Source: Candidatus Latescibacterota bacterium
GTDB taxonomy: Bacteria > Latescibacterota > UBA2968
Assembly (NCBI GenBank): GCA_965208125.1
Contig: OZ242320.1
Location: 4,256,001 to 4,320,000 of the forward strand
DNA length: 64,000 bases
Reading direction: 5' to 3'
Part shown: one piece after another, positions 27,322 through 36,822 of the stretch
Layout of the letters: the number at the start of each line of letters is the position of its first letter
How positions within the stretch are numbered: position 1 is the stretch's first letter
Made by a program: the position numbers and the translations under genes
Notes under the pieces: model-generated
Database searches by the model: none
What the model was told of the DNA's origin: nothing
Seen by the model: the letters and a program-made list of their open reading frames with translations, nothing else

Positions 27322-30000
27322 CTACTTCCTGGTGGGGGGTCCTTCAGGATTTACTGTAGCGCCTGTTACAAACAATAAGGCATCTTTGGAAAGCTTTTTG
27401 CCGCCCACGTACATACCCCATCGAAAGGTACTGCGCCCACTGGGTCTTTCCCAGTCGTGGCGTCCTACAAACTCCCCATTGATGTAGCATTCAGATGTAT
27501 GGCCGTTGTCGCGAATGCGGACATCAAAAGACTTGCCTTCCATGTTCTTTAATACTGTCTTAGAAGTCGCTCTGCGCGGCTGGAATACGATGTCACCATC
27601 AGCGGTCATAACCAACATTATAGACCAGTCTTCACCACTGTTTTTCACCTGAAAGATGCCACACCCCTGCGCTTTCACAATCGTGTAGGTGCCAATCCAT
27701 TCATGCCAGGTACCGCGGTTCCATCTCTTTTTGCTAAACGCCTCAATCCGAGCCGCATTGGCACGTGCATTGCGCACATTGTGCTCACCATCAAAAAGGC
27801 GAAACACCTGTGTGCTTCCGTCCTCCTGATACCATCGCGACCATTTGTGAAAATCGCGTCGAGGAATCAAACTGTTGCCCAGTGTGTGAATGTTGATTTC
27901 CCTTTCTATGGGGCGAAAGGCATGAGGTCCCTTTTCTACCACCTCGTTATTGACGTCAATTATTGAACCTGTTATTCCCACATATGAGTTCGTACCGATC
28001 GGAATCTGTTTCTCTTCGAGAATGGACGACCAGGAAGGATCACTGCCCTGCCTGGTGTAAAGGAACCGGTCGGGGTTGTCTTCTGCCTGTTTTGTAAAAT
28101 CGAGGATCTTCTTTCGCGTCCCTTTGCTGATGGTGACAACCCCGCTGTTCCACTCAGCATTGAGAAAGGGGCTTTCAAAGACTTTTTTGGGGGCGTAGTC
28201 GATCGGCTTGCCATTGATTGAGGGTACCGCTTTGGCACTGGTATCAAAGGTCAACTGATCGCCATAGATGGTTTTGTAGCGCAGCACCGTCCCATCTATA
28301 TGAACTTCACAGGCTTTTACCTTTTTTTTGAAAGCGTCGAAACTCGTGACATCGCTCCTGGCCATGACTTCGATGATCACCGGTGCGTATTCATCATTGG
28401 GGATCATGGTCGCGTTTTCGGGAACAAAGCGATCCGTTTCAAACTCGCCATCCATCCACTTGAAATCGCCTGTGACCACGCGGATCGCCGCATAAGCGCC
28501 TTTGGCCTCCACATAGACCACGCCATCCTCTTCCACTGGCGCGCTCAACCCGCTCTTCGACATCCAGATGATCATCTCGGCACCGTCCTTATGGTGCTTG
28601 AGCTTCTGGGTAATTAAGCTTCCCTTGCTCTGCACAGACCACTGTGCGTTCATGGCCACCCGGTTGTCTTTGGGGCGAACGATGGGAACAATACGCGCAT
28701 CGTGTTCGCCGGCAAAGATCACGCCTTGCCAGCGGTTTTGCGCACTGATCGCAGCCCAATCCTTCAGAGGCCTCGCTTCCGTCATCGGCGTTCCCATGAT
28801 GAAGGCGGGATCACAGTAGCTGTAGCGCAGAATACCACCTCCATCGGTTCGCATCCTGGTCGGCACTTTTGTAGCAGCAATCTTCAAAGGGCGACCTGTT
28901 TTTCCCAGACCCTGGGGACGCTGCCGCACCTCGTAGCGTCCTCGTCCTGCCACGTCGATTGCGATATCGGCTACCACGGCTGGCGGACGGTAGTCGCTGA
29001 GAGCCGCGTTCATGTCATGACCATAAACAGCAGGTTGCTTGCCGATGCCAAAGTAGAACCAGGCCAGCGGCGCATTGCCATGCTCCCGGTTTTGCTTAAG
29101 CCCTTTCCAGAAATAGATGCGCGACCGCCCGCCTCCTTGAACGCCGTCAATCTGTTCCTGCGCCCAATAGGCAAAATAAAGATCGAGCAACAGCCCGGCC
29201 GACTGTCTCACCTGCGGGTCACCAAAGTCGTAGAAATTGTAGAATCCTTTGATCAATGTGCTGTTATAGTCGTCGCACATCATCTCGATGCACAGGCTTT
29301 TGCGCGCACGTTCACGGCAGTAAACCACAAAATACGCATTCCAGGCCCGATAATGTTCTGCCGCCGTAGCGCCGTCATCATACTTGAGATTCTTGTATTC
29401 GGGCCGATCTTTCGCGATTTTGGCAAATTGCCAGCAGACCGTAAAACTCATGGCATGATGATTCTCTGACAGGTAGATGTACCAGGTCTTAGATTTCTCG
29501 TATTCCGCCTTATCAAGCCGGGAAACCTTCCTGACGTATTCCCAAATTGGCTTGAGAGCGAGGGCTTCGGTTTTTTTGGTGATGCGATTACTGCCGTTGG
29601 TGCCGTACATCTCAATCAGCCGCATGACGACCTCCGCATGCCAGTGAAAACTGTCGCGGTCATTGATGTCCAGGGGGTTGTCGAGATAATGCTGGGCATT
29701 TTCGGCAAGTGCGGCATTGGCTTCTTCCAGCATCTCGTTCAGGTAGAGGCAGCGTGCGGCAAACCCCACCATGGAATAGGAATAGGCCCGCACATAATTT
29801 CCTCGCCCGGGATCGAGTGGCTTCTGTTTCTTTGCCCGCACCAACGGCTTGCCGGATTCAGCGCGAAACATCGCATCCACGCGTTGTTCAAAGCCAGCCA
29901 CGACCGCTTCGGAGGTAAAATTCTTCTTCACCGGTTCCGCTCCTTGTGTCTGCCCAGTTATAAGTATAACGACCAGCATTATGCGGTTGATGATTCGCAT
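27322..30000 (-). CDS. Secreted two-domain protein: uncharacterised alpha/alpha+beta domain (paralog of 30363) plus C-terminal polysaccharide-lyase-like beta-jelly-roll
   Basis: Start MRIINRIML (signal peptide); SENH, WAQEQ, RWQG shared with 30363; C-terminal RWYQEDG..ARIEA..IFQVK..FRWGMY. Confidence 0.6.
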   Translation of the reverse strand: MRIINRIMLVVILITGQTQGAEPVKKNFTSEAVVAGFEQRVDAMFRAESGKPLVRAKKQKPLDPGRGNYVRAYSYSMVGFAARCLYLNEMLEEANAALAENAQHYLDNPLDINDRDSFHWHAEVVMRLIEMYGTNGSNRITKKTEALALKPIWEYVRKVSRLDKAEYEKSKTWYIYLSENHHAMSFTVCWQFAKIAKDRPEYKNLKYDDGATAAEHYRAWNAYFVVYCRERARKSLCIEMMCDDYNSTLIKGFYNFYDFGDPQVRQSAGLLLDLYFAYWAQEQIDGVQGGGRSRIYFWKGLKQNREHGNAPLAWFYFGIGKQPAVYGHDMNAALSDYRPPAVVADIAIDVAGRGRYEVRQRPQGLGKTGRPLKIAATKVPTRMRTDGGGILRYSYCDPAFIMGTPMTEARPLKDWAAISAQNRWQGVIFAGEHDARIVPIVRPKDNRVAMNAQWSVQSKGSLITQKLKHHKDGAEMIIWMSKSGLSAPVEEDGVVYVEAKGAYAAIRVVTGDFKWMDGEFETDRFVPENATMIPNDEYAPVIIEVMARSDVTSFDAFKKKVKACEVHIDGTVLRYKTIYGDQLTFDTSAKAVPSINGKPIDYAPKKVFESPFLNAEWNSGVVTISKGTRKKILDFTKQAEDNPDRFLYTRQGSDPSWSSILEEKQIPIGTNSYVGITGSIIDVNNEVVEKGPHAFRPIEREINIHTLGNSLIPRRDFHKWSRWYQEDGSTQVFRLFDGEHNVRNARANAARIEAFSKKRWNRGTWHEWIGTYTIVKAQGCGIFQVKNSGEDWSIMLVMTADGDIVFQPRRATSKTVLKNMEGKSFDVRIRDNGHTSECYINGEFVGRHDWERPSGRSTFRWGMYVGGKKLSKDALLFVTGATVNPEGPPTRK

Positions 30001-30013
30001 TATAAACACTCTG

Positions 30014-30328
30014 CTAATCCTGGTGAAAAACTTCCTGCAGCGGTATGCAGATCGGCGAGTTGTCGGGGTTGGTGTCCATGATATCGGCCATGTAGGCCCA
30101 CCATTTTTTGACGATTGCGGTCTCCGGCAACTCATCTGCAGTATTGTCGTCGGTCAGCTTCTGCACGGCAAAGAGTGTCAGCGTCTCCTCATCGAGAAAA
30201 ATTGAATAGTCCGAGACGCCAGCTTTGCCCAATTCTTCAGCCAGTTCGGGCCAAATTTCGTCGTGGCGCTTTTTGTACTCGGCCTCGTAACCGGGCTTTA
30301 GCTGCATCTTGAAAGCATTGCGTTGCAT
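30014..30328 (-). CDS. rhaM: L-rhamnose mutarotase
   Basis: AFKMQLKPG..EYKKRHDEIWPEL..DYSIFLD..KWWAYMADIM..NPDNSP. Confidence 0.95.
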   Translation of the reverse strand: MQRNAFKMQLKPGYEAEYKKRHDEIWPELAEELGKAGVSDYSIFLDEETLTLFAVQKLTDDNTADELPETAIVKKWWAYMADIMDTNPDNSPICIPLQEVFHQD

Positions 30329-30362
30329 GATATTTTACTCCTGACTTTGAGGATGAAGGGTG

Positions 30363-32462
30363 TTAGCATTCGTCCCTTAAATTATTGTTAAAGTCGAGGT
30401 TGAGTTTGTAATCGCCTTTGCAAATTTCAATCTGGCCGCTATCATAATTGGATTGGATATAAGGGCTGTCGAAAACTTTTGGGTGCTCATAATCGACATA
30501 CTTTCCACCAATTGCAGGCACATCGCTTGTATTGGCCGCATTAAATACTATTTCTGCCATTTCAGGCGCGGCACTCTTGTAAACAACAACAATGCCTGTT
30601 TCTCTTGTTACCACGGTTCTATAGAGTGTGAGTTCGCCCTGCAAAATCATACGCTTAAAATTTTCCAATGTTGGGTGATCTGCCTTGCGACCTGCTTCTA
30701 TCAGAACGGGACTGTATCTGTTGGTCAGTTGCAAAATCGTCTGATCGTTATTGAATCTATAGCTGTCGTTTCTAAGAACCACGTTGCCCCGGTATCTGTC
30801 GGTCCCTTTTGCCCAGGCTTTGGCATCGGCCTCTGCTTCCAAAAGAATAACCCGTATTGCCACATAGACATTTCTCTTCTCTGCAAATATCCATCCATCT
30901 GTTTCATCAATACGATCCCATCCGTTGCCTAAGAATAACCCGAATTCCCGATCATACCGATTGTCATTGGCTGGATACCAGTCTGGATTGGATTGTGCCC
31001 AACGTCTTCTTTGTTGGGTGATCAGCACTTGCTTATGCTGGACGCTGTGATACACCAATTCCATATCGTAGATATTTTCACCTTCGCGTTCTCCTTCTGG
31101 CGTATCCAGTGCAATGGTTGCCAGACGGGTGTTGGGATCTTTGGTCACCAGACCTTGCCAGCGCCCGGCGGTTGATAGGTGGTTGTAAAGCGCATAAGGG
31201 TGATCCATCTGAGTACCCAGCACATAATCTGGCGTTACCCATGTGTATTTGACAAACCGCGATGGCGTATCTCCCATCACGGTGCGCTCCGTGCCCAATG
31301 GACGAGGGCTGGTAGGTTCTTCTTCTCCAATGCCCCGAGAGAGATATGCAAATGACCCGAGCCCTTTTCGATCCAGAGCCAATTCCCATACGATTCTTGG
31401 CCAGGCATAGTCGCTTAAGAGTTGTTGCGGATAGTTGAACGAGGTTTTGCCCTCACCACCCAGATAGAAAATGGCGAGATCCGACATAGAATCGTATCCA
31501 CCAGCAGTCTTGTGGTGGCGCGTTTTGGGACCACCTCGTAAACCTGCAATTTGTAGCTGTGCCCAATCGGCCCACATCAGATCTAAAAACATGCCAATTT
31601 TCTTTTTTAGCCCCTCATCACCACAGAAATTGTAGAGCATAAGAATATAACTGATGGTGTACTTCATATAGGTAGGCGAACCATTTTCAAGAAAGAATCC
31701 CCGCTTTGCACGCTCAGTGAAATAGTCATTGAGATAGGGCAACCAGGCATCGTAATGATCGGCTGCGTTATAAGATTTTCCGTCCGCCCAATTTGCGCGC
31801 CCACCACCGTGTCGATCATTGCTGCCCTGCCCACAATAGCCCGACTCGCCGTATCCGATGCCATCTCCATAACCGAGGTCGGGATAAATGCGGTCAACAT
31901 ACTCGGGTTCATTGGCAAAAATACGCGCACTTAAAAGATTACAGGCTTTTGTATTCAGGTCGTGATTCTCACTACCCGCGATCCACCAGGTGCTCTTTTT
32001 TGCGACATAAATATCATTTTTGTACCTGGTTCGCGCCCATAGTAAAGCCAGCAAAGTTCGCTCTGTTTCAGGCGTGAGTCGATTTGGCATCTGTGTACTT
32101 TTAGACCCAAACCAATTGTAGAATGTAATCAGCCTTGGATTGCGCCACAGGCTGTAGAGACTCTGCCCGGGCTGTATGCCTTTCTCCTCACATTCTGCGA
32201 GGTTTGCCAGTTCGATTTGAAAATCTATTGTCAATTCTTTGTTGACTTCGTTTAGATTTTGGTTGAGCCACATTTGATCAAACATCTGACGGTCTTTGCC
32301 CGAAAAATCTGATTTTGCGCCTGCTTCAAAGGCTTGTTGAATGCGTTGGAGGCGCGTTTCCAATTCTTCTGCCATCAATTCGGTGATACGCTTGTCGATG
32401 GGTGAATCACCAAATTCCAGAAGGGATCGAAACCAACTGTTTTTAGCATCTGCTTCGGGCAT
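30363..32462 (-). CDS. Hypothetical protein, paralog of the N-terminal part of 27322..30000
   Basis: GSENH, WAQLQ, RGGPK, GRWQG, C-terminal FDSPY..KGDYKLNLDF. Confidence 0.6.
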   Translation of the reverse strand: MPEADAKNSWFRSLLEFGDSPIDKRITELMAEELETRLQRIQQAFEAGAKSDFSGKDRQMFDQMWLNQNLNEVNKELTIDFQIELANLAECEEKGIQPGQSLYSLWRNPRLITFYNWFGSKSTQMPNRLTPETERTLLALLWARTRYKNDIYVAKKSTWWIAGSENHDLNTKACNLLSARIFANEPEYVDRIYPDLGYGDGIGYGESGYCGQGSNDRHGGGRANWADGKSYNAADHYDAWLPYLNDYFTERAKRGFFLENGSPTYMKYTISYILMLYNFCGDEGLKKKIGMFLDLMWADWAQLQIAGLRGGPKTRHHKTAGGYDSMSDLAIFYLGGEGKTSFNYPQQLLSDYAWPRIVWELALDRKGLGSFAYLSRGIGEEEPTSPRPLGTERTVMGDTPSRFVKYTWVTPDYVLGTQMDHPYALYNHLSTAGRWQGLVTKDPNTRLATIALDTPEGEREGENIYDMELVYHSVQHKQVLITQQRRRWAQSNPDWYPANDNRYDREFGLFLGNGWDRIDETDGWIFAEKRNVYVAIRVILLEAEADAKAWAKGTDRYRGNVVLRNDSYRFNNDQTILQLTNRYSPVLIEAGRKADHPTLENFKRMILQGELTLYRTVVTRETGIVVVYKSAAPEMAEIVFNAANTSDVPAIGGKYVDYEHPKVFDSPYIQSNYDSGQIEICKGDYKLNLDFNNNLRDEC

Positions 32463-32511
32463 ATTATTGCTTCACCTCCAATGGAGCCACAAGAAGGTAT
32501 CTCATTTGCGC

Positions 32512-34746
32512 TCACGCTGAGCAGTCCCCGGCGTCTGTTGTACCGGTATCAAATGCCCATCCGTCCCACATGTTGTCAGCGGTCGCTGGCACATCCTCTC
32601 GAAAGTTTCGGGTATCGACCCACCACTGACGGTTTGGCGCTGGTCCATGCGACAGGTTAAAATATGGCGTCATACCATCTCGTTGATACTCACAAGGAAC
32701 AACGAGACGCACGACAGGTCGATCGCGCTCAGCAGAGCGATTGACACCTCCTCCGTGAACAAGGCGAGGATGCCAGAAAACAACGTCCCCTGCTTTGCCG
32801 GAAAACTCCACTGGCGCAATCTCTCTCAGCACATTGTCACGGGCTTTGCTATATGGCTCTGCGAGGTCGGGGTCAAGGGGACCGTAAACAGTAGTGTGAT
32901 ACAGGTGACTCATGTAATGTGACCCCGGCCAGATTGTGAAGCCACCAGAGTGCGGAGGCACCGTATCTACAAAAACCATTGCAGATAATTGAGCCGCTGT
33001 ATGGTCTCCATGGGGGGCCAAACGACTTTCTGAATTTGGTGGTTTTGGAAATATACAATAGACCCCTCGCACCCGGTTTGAACGTTTAACCGGGTCGCCG
33101 ATAAACAATGAAACCAACTGCCGCATACGTGGGTGGTTGGCGATCTTATCGACAAAAAAAGGCTCTGTACCAATTTTACGCGAGCGCATTTTCCATGTGC
33201 CGCGCGTAAATTGCCCTGCCTTTTCGGCATCCACCTCTGTCCACTGCCCGTGTGGCGCATCAAACCACGTTTGCACATCGTCGCGTTTGACAATCTCACG
33301 CGGCACATTTTCCCACACATAATCCACGATCCGGTCAAACGTCTCCTTCTCTTTCAGAAACCCGCGTTTCACAAGAAAACCATTCTCTTTGAAAAACGCG
33401 ACTTCGGCTTCACTGAGGGTTGGGTCTCCATTCACAAATTCTGGATCGGGCAAGAGGGCGGGGTCTCCGTTCGCAAATTCTGGATTGACCAATACCTGGG
33501 GATCACGGATGACGACGTCTTCGGAAATTCTGAGCGCGTGTAAACCGCTTCCTTCAAATGGCGGCACCAAAAGATTGTAGATTTGTTGCGCTTTCTCTTT
33601 CTGATTCATGCAGGCCAATTCGGCTTTCACAGGCTCAAAATCCATATTTAAATAAAGGTAAGCAGCGAGCCTCAGACATCTAAATGCGGGCTCCCCAGAA
33701 AAGGGTTGAATCTGTGGAAGTGTCCACTCGCGATCGCCCATCCAGTAGGGATAAAGCCAATCAAAGGCGCGTCGCATGGATCGCCCATCGGTAGATTCAT
33801 AATTGGCGAGATCAATACCCCACTGTCGGCCAATCTCAGCGAGTTCTAAAAGAAGCTCCAAATTCATACTCGCGTATCCAAGTGCCTTTGTGCGTGCGAG
33901 TTCCAGAGGCTGTTGACCATCTGGCTCAATCTGATTGGCAATCCTTCTTTCTCCCACCCCTTTTAATATCATTTGCGCAAGATCTGATTGCCCTACAAAA
34001 AGCGCGAATGTCACAACCTGAACATCATAAGAACTCGAATGGTTATTGCCGTGACGCGCTTCGTCAACCCCATAAGGATGCTTCAACATCCATTCGAGAA
34101 ACGCGTGAAACCAGGCTTGCAAATCTTCCATATCTTTTTGGGACCAGTTCCTGGAGTCGCGCAAAAAACTGACCGCAGGGAGCATCTCGCGTGCAAATGC
34201 AGCCGTCTCAATCAGCCCGATACCTCGCCCTTCGCATATCCCGGGTATGGCCTGCCCAAACAAAAGGTTTGGGTTCATCCTGGTTTCGGGATTCATAAAC
34301 CATGTTCGCAACAACAATGCAGCATGCGCCGCGTAGTCTTCTCGCTGTGTAAAACCATACGCAAACCCCAGCGTTTTCACCGTTGAAATGAATTTTGCCA
34401 ACAAAGGGCGGTCCGTTTTCTCGACCTCGGGATTGACCTCGCCATCTCGTCGGATATAAGGCAAACCGTCAGGCTTATCGGGGTCTGGCCACCAGTAAGG
34501 CCCAACACTCATGTAATCGTGTTTGTCACTACTGGCAGGCAAGATCGGTTTGTTCACAATGGTCAGCGGTTCCTGCTTCAAAGCGGCATCCGCTTTCACA
34601 AGCAGGGCTTTAAGGGCTTGCCCACACGGGTTATCTTCCCGTTTGCTCAACGAGCGCGCCCGCTTGATGTAATCGGGATCTACTGTAAATATGGGTTCAG
34701 CAGGTGAAAACGCCTTGAGCAGATCAGCTTCTTTGTCCGGATACAT
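32512..34746 (-). CDS. Alginate-lyase-family (PF05426-like) domain fused to a PhyH dioxygenase domain
   Basis: N: DKHDYMSVGPYWWPDP..LPYIRRDG, MNPNL, NNH, QPLELART; C: LSEAEVAFFKENGFL, PHGD, WPGSH, WHPRLVHG. Confidence 0.85.
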   Translation of the reverse strand: MYPDKEADLLKAFSPAEPIFTVDPDYIKRARSLSKREDNPCGQALKALLVKADAALKQEPLTIVNKPILPASSDKHDYMSVGPYWWPDPDKPDGLPYIRRDGEVNPEVEKTDRPLLAKFISTVKTLGFAYGFTQREDYAAHAALLLRTWFMNPETRMNPNLLFGQAIPGICEGRGIGLIETAAFAREMLPAVSFLRDSRNWSQKDMEDLQAWFHAFLEWMLKHPYGVDEARHGNNHSSSYDVQVVTFALFVGQSDLAQMILKGVGERRIANQIEPDGQQPLELARTKALGYASMNLELLLELAEIGRQWGIDLANYESTDGRSMRRAFDWLYPYWMGDREWTLPQIQPFSGEPAFRCLRLAAYLYLNMDFEPVKAELACMNQKEKAQQIYNLLVPPFEGSGLHALRISEDVVIRDPQVLVNPEFANGDPALLPDPEFVNGDPTLSEAEVAFFKENGFLVKRGFLKEKETFDRIVDYVWENVPREIVKRDDVQTWFDAPHGQWTEVDAEKAGQFTRGTWKMRSRKIGTEPFFVDKIANHPRMRQLVSLFIGDPVKRSNRVRGVYCIFPKPPNSESRLAPHGDHTAAQLSAMVFVDTVPPHSGGFTIWPGSHYMSHLYHTTVYGPLDPDLAEPYSKARDNVLREIAPVEFSGKAGDVVFWHPRLVHGGGVNRSAERDRPVVRLVVPCEYQRDGMTPYFNLSHGPAPNRQWWVDTRNFREDVPATADNMWDGWAFDTGTTDAGDCSA
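33422..33485. repeat. In-frame tandem duplication (period 39 bp) at the lyase/PhyH junction
   Basis: GGGTCTCCATTCACAAATTCTGGAT / GGGTCTCCGTTCGCAAATTCTGGAT, encoding NPEFANGDP / DPEFVNGDP. Confidence 0.8.
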
Positions 34747-34770
34747 GTGAATACTCCTGTTTTAAGTTGG

Positions 34771-36702
34771 TTATTGTAAATCGATTTCCAGTTGCAAATA
34801 ATCGTACATAACGCCAAAGTGAGGGTAGTTCTGTCGTTGCCCACGGTGTTGTTTCCGGGGGAGGAGGTCGAGCGTCAACACGTTCTCTCCTGTGCGCAAC
34901 AGCGACGCATCAAATGTAATAAAGTACTCGCTGAAGCGCCCGTAGATGCCACTGCGGGGAAGCGCGCTGTCGTTCTCCAAACCGGTAATTTTATCCAGAG
35001 ATTTGCCATTGAGGCCGATAGCGATTCCCCCATCGCGATTTACCGACGCCAGGGCGATTGTGAGGGTCGCACGTCCGGACACTGGCTCATCGCATTGAAA
35101 TCGGATCTTCCAGGTAGGCAGTCGCCAGTTGCCCTCTCCTGTCCGATCAGCAGGCTGTATGCGGGGTTGCCATCCGCCTTTTTCTTCCCAAATTGCCATC
35201 TGTGCATAATTCCAGTCGCTTCGCTCTTTACTCTTGCCGATCGCGAAATCGACGTCTTCGGGAAAATCCTTCTGGTAATTGAACCATAGCCCCCAGTGGC
35301 GATGGTCATCTCCGCGTCGAAATTCAGCAGCGGTTCGGTCTGGTTTTCCGACACGCCAGAGCAACTTGCCGAAAGAGCGGGGTGACCACTGCAGACTGCC
35401 GAGTTTGACTTCGCCGGTTGCGTCGATCGTGACGTCATCTTTTCTAAACTCACCAATCATGTCAGGGGCAAACGCATAAAGCGTATATCTTCCTTTTCGG
35501 ACAGCCGGTATTGCAAAGGAACCATCAGCCGCCATCCTGGCGCGGTAGATGTAGTTCTCTGCGCCTTGCTGCTGCCAGTCCAGCCCTCGATGTTCCCGGG
35601 GCCGCGCCAGAACGACCCATCCATTGCTGTGGTGTGTCAGACCCGTATCTTTGAATCTTCCCGTAACCAAAGCCCTGTCGATCGGGTACTCCGGATGTTC
35701 CAGCCAACTGTAGGGCCAGTGCTTTCGATGTTTTTCACCCTCGCGCTTTGCATCATGCCACAAATGCCGGGCATCTTCACCTTTGTTCATATAGACAAAT
35801 ACCGGCCCGAAGACCTTTTCCCATTTACCGCTGACATAATCCCCTCTGCTGCCGTAGTGGTGAGAATAAAGCAGTTTCAGGATGATCGGCCCCCGATCAG
35901 TCGCGTGGCTGGTATTGTGTTGTTTTGTCGGACCGCCGCAGAGGTATTCATTGCTCGGCGTGACCATCCACACGCCCTGCTTTCCATTGTGCAAACCGTG
36001 TACAAGAGCCTCCTCAGTTGGAGATGACCAGTTATACTTTGTATCCACTTCTCCCGATTGAAGCGCATGTGTGGCATCCATTACCATGCCCTTTGCGCTG
36101 GATATTGCCTTGCTATCCGGAATCACACCAGAGAGCTTGTCATTGACCCTGATATTCACCATCGAATCGTTTAGGCGCATCCCAAAACGAAGCTGTGTCA
36201 GTACGGCGTCGCCCGTATCCCCGGGTTTGCTGGCTACAACATAATAATAGAACCCCGAATCACCCGCTCTCAGGACATAATGGAGCTCCATCGTGAACGG
36301 GAAACCTGCGGGTTGTTTGGGGGTGAATGAGATATCGACCATTTCCGGGTTATTGACGTGGAAGTTAAACTCGGGGTTTTGGTCGCGCAAAAATTTTGCC
36401 CTCACGTTCGACTCTTTGCCCGCCATATAGTTTGTATCCGAATCATCGACATAACTGGCCAGGATGGTGAAATATCCGAACTGTTTGGGAGATAGGAGAG
36501 AGTCTCCCTGATGTTCCAGCGAGATAATCCGCCCCGTAGATTTTTGGATCGCCATCGAGACGGAACTGTTTTTAAGGATGATTCTATTGCCAGATTCAAC
36601 AAGCATCGAAGCCTCTGCGAAAACGGGCGTGCTGATCATACACTGGATGGATACAAGCAGAATGCACGCCATGAATCCGCCCAATCCAATCTTTTTGAAC
36701 AT
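34771..36702 (-). CDS. Rhamnogalacturonan lyase (PL4-like), secreted
   Basis: Start MFKKIGLGG with signal peptide; TKYNWS, EYLCGGPTKQ, SHHYG, WEKVFGP, GKPDRTAAEF, MYDYLQLE. Confidence 0.85.
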   Translation of the reverse strand: MFKKIGLGGFMACILLVSIQCMISTPVFAEASMLVESGNRIILKNSSVSMAIQKSTGRIISLEHQGDSLLSPKQFGYFTILASYVDDSDTNYMAGKESNVRAKFLRDQNPEFNFHVNNPEMVDISFTPKQPAGFPFTMELHYVLRAGDSGFYYYVVASKPGDTGDAVLTQLRFGMRLNDSMVNIRVNDKLSGVIPDSKAISSAKGMVMDATHALQSGEVDTKYNWSSPTEEALVHGLHNGKQGVWMVTPSNEYLCGGPTKQHNTSHATDRGPIILKLLYSHHYGSRGDYVSGKWEKVFGPVFVYMNKGEDARHLWHDAKREGEKHRKHWPYSWLEHPEYPIDRALVTGRFKDTGLTHHSNGWVVLARPREHRGLDWQQQGAENYIYRARMAADGSFAIPAVRKGRYTLYAFAPDMIGEFRKDDVTIDATGEVKLGSLQWSPRSFGKLLWRVGKPDRTAAEFRRGDDHRHWGLWFNYQKDFPEDVDFAIGKSKERSDWNYAQMAIWEEKGGWQPRIQPADRTGEGNWRLPTWKIRFQCDEPVSGRATLTIALASVNRDGGIAIGLNGKSLDKITGLENDSALPRSGIYGRFSEYFITFDASLLRTGENVLTLDLLPRKQHRGQRQNYPHFGVMYDYLQLEIDLQ

Positions 36703-36822
36703 TTTGTGTTTTGCTATGAGGCGTTGCACAATGAAATGTCTTGATTGAGGTCCATTTTTGTATGTACTATACGCAGTAGTTTCTACACTTACACTCAACT
36801 CGAAACAATGGGAAGAATACAT

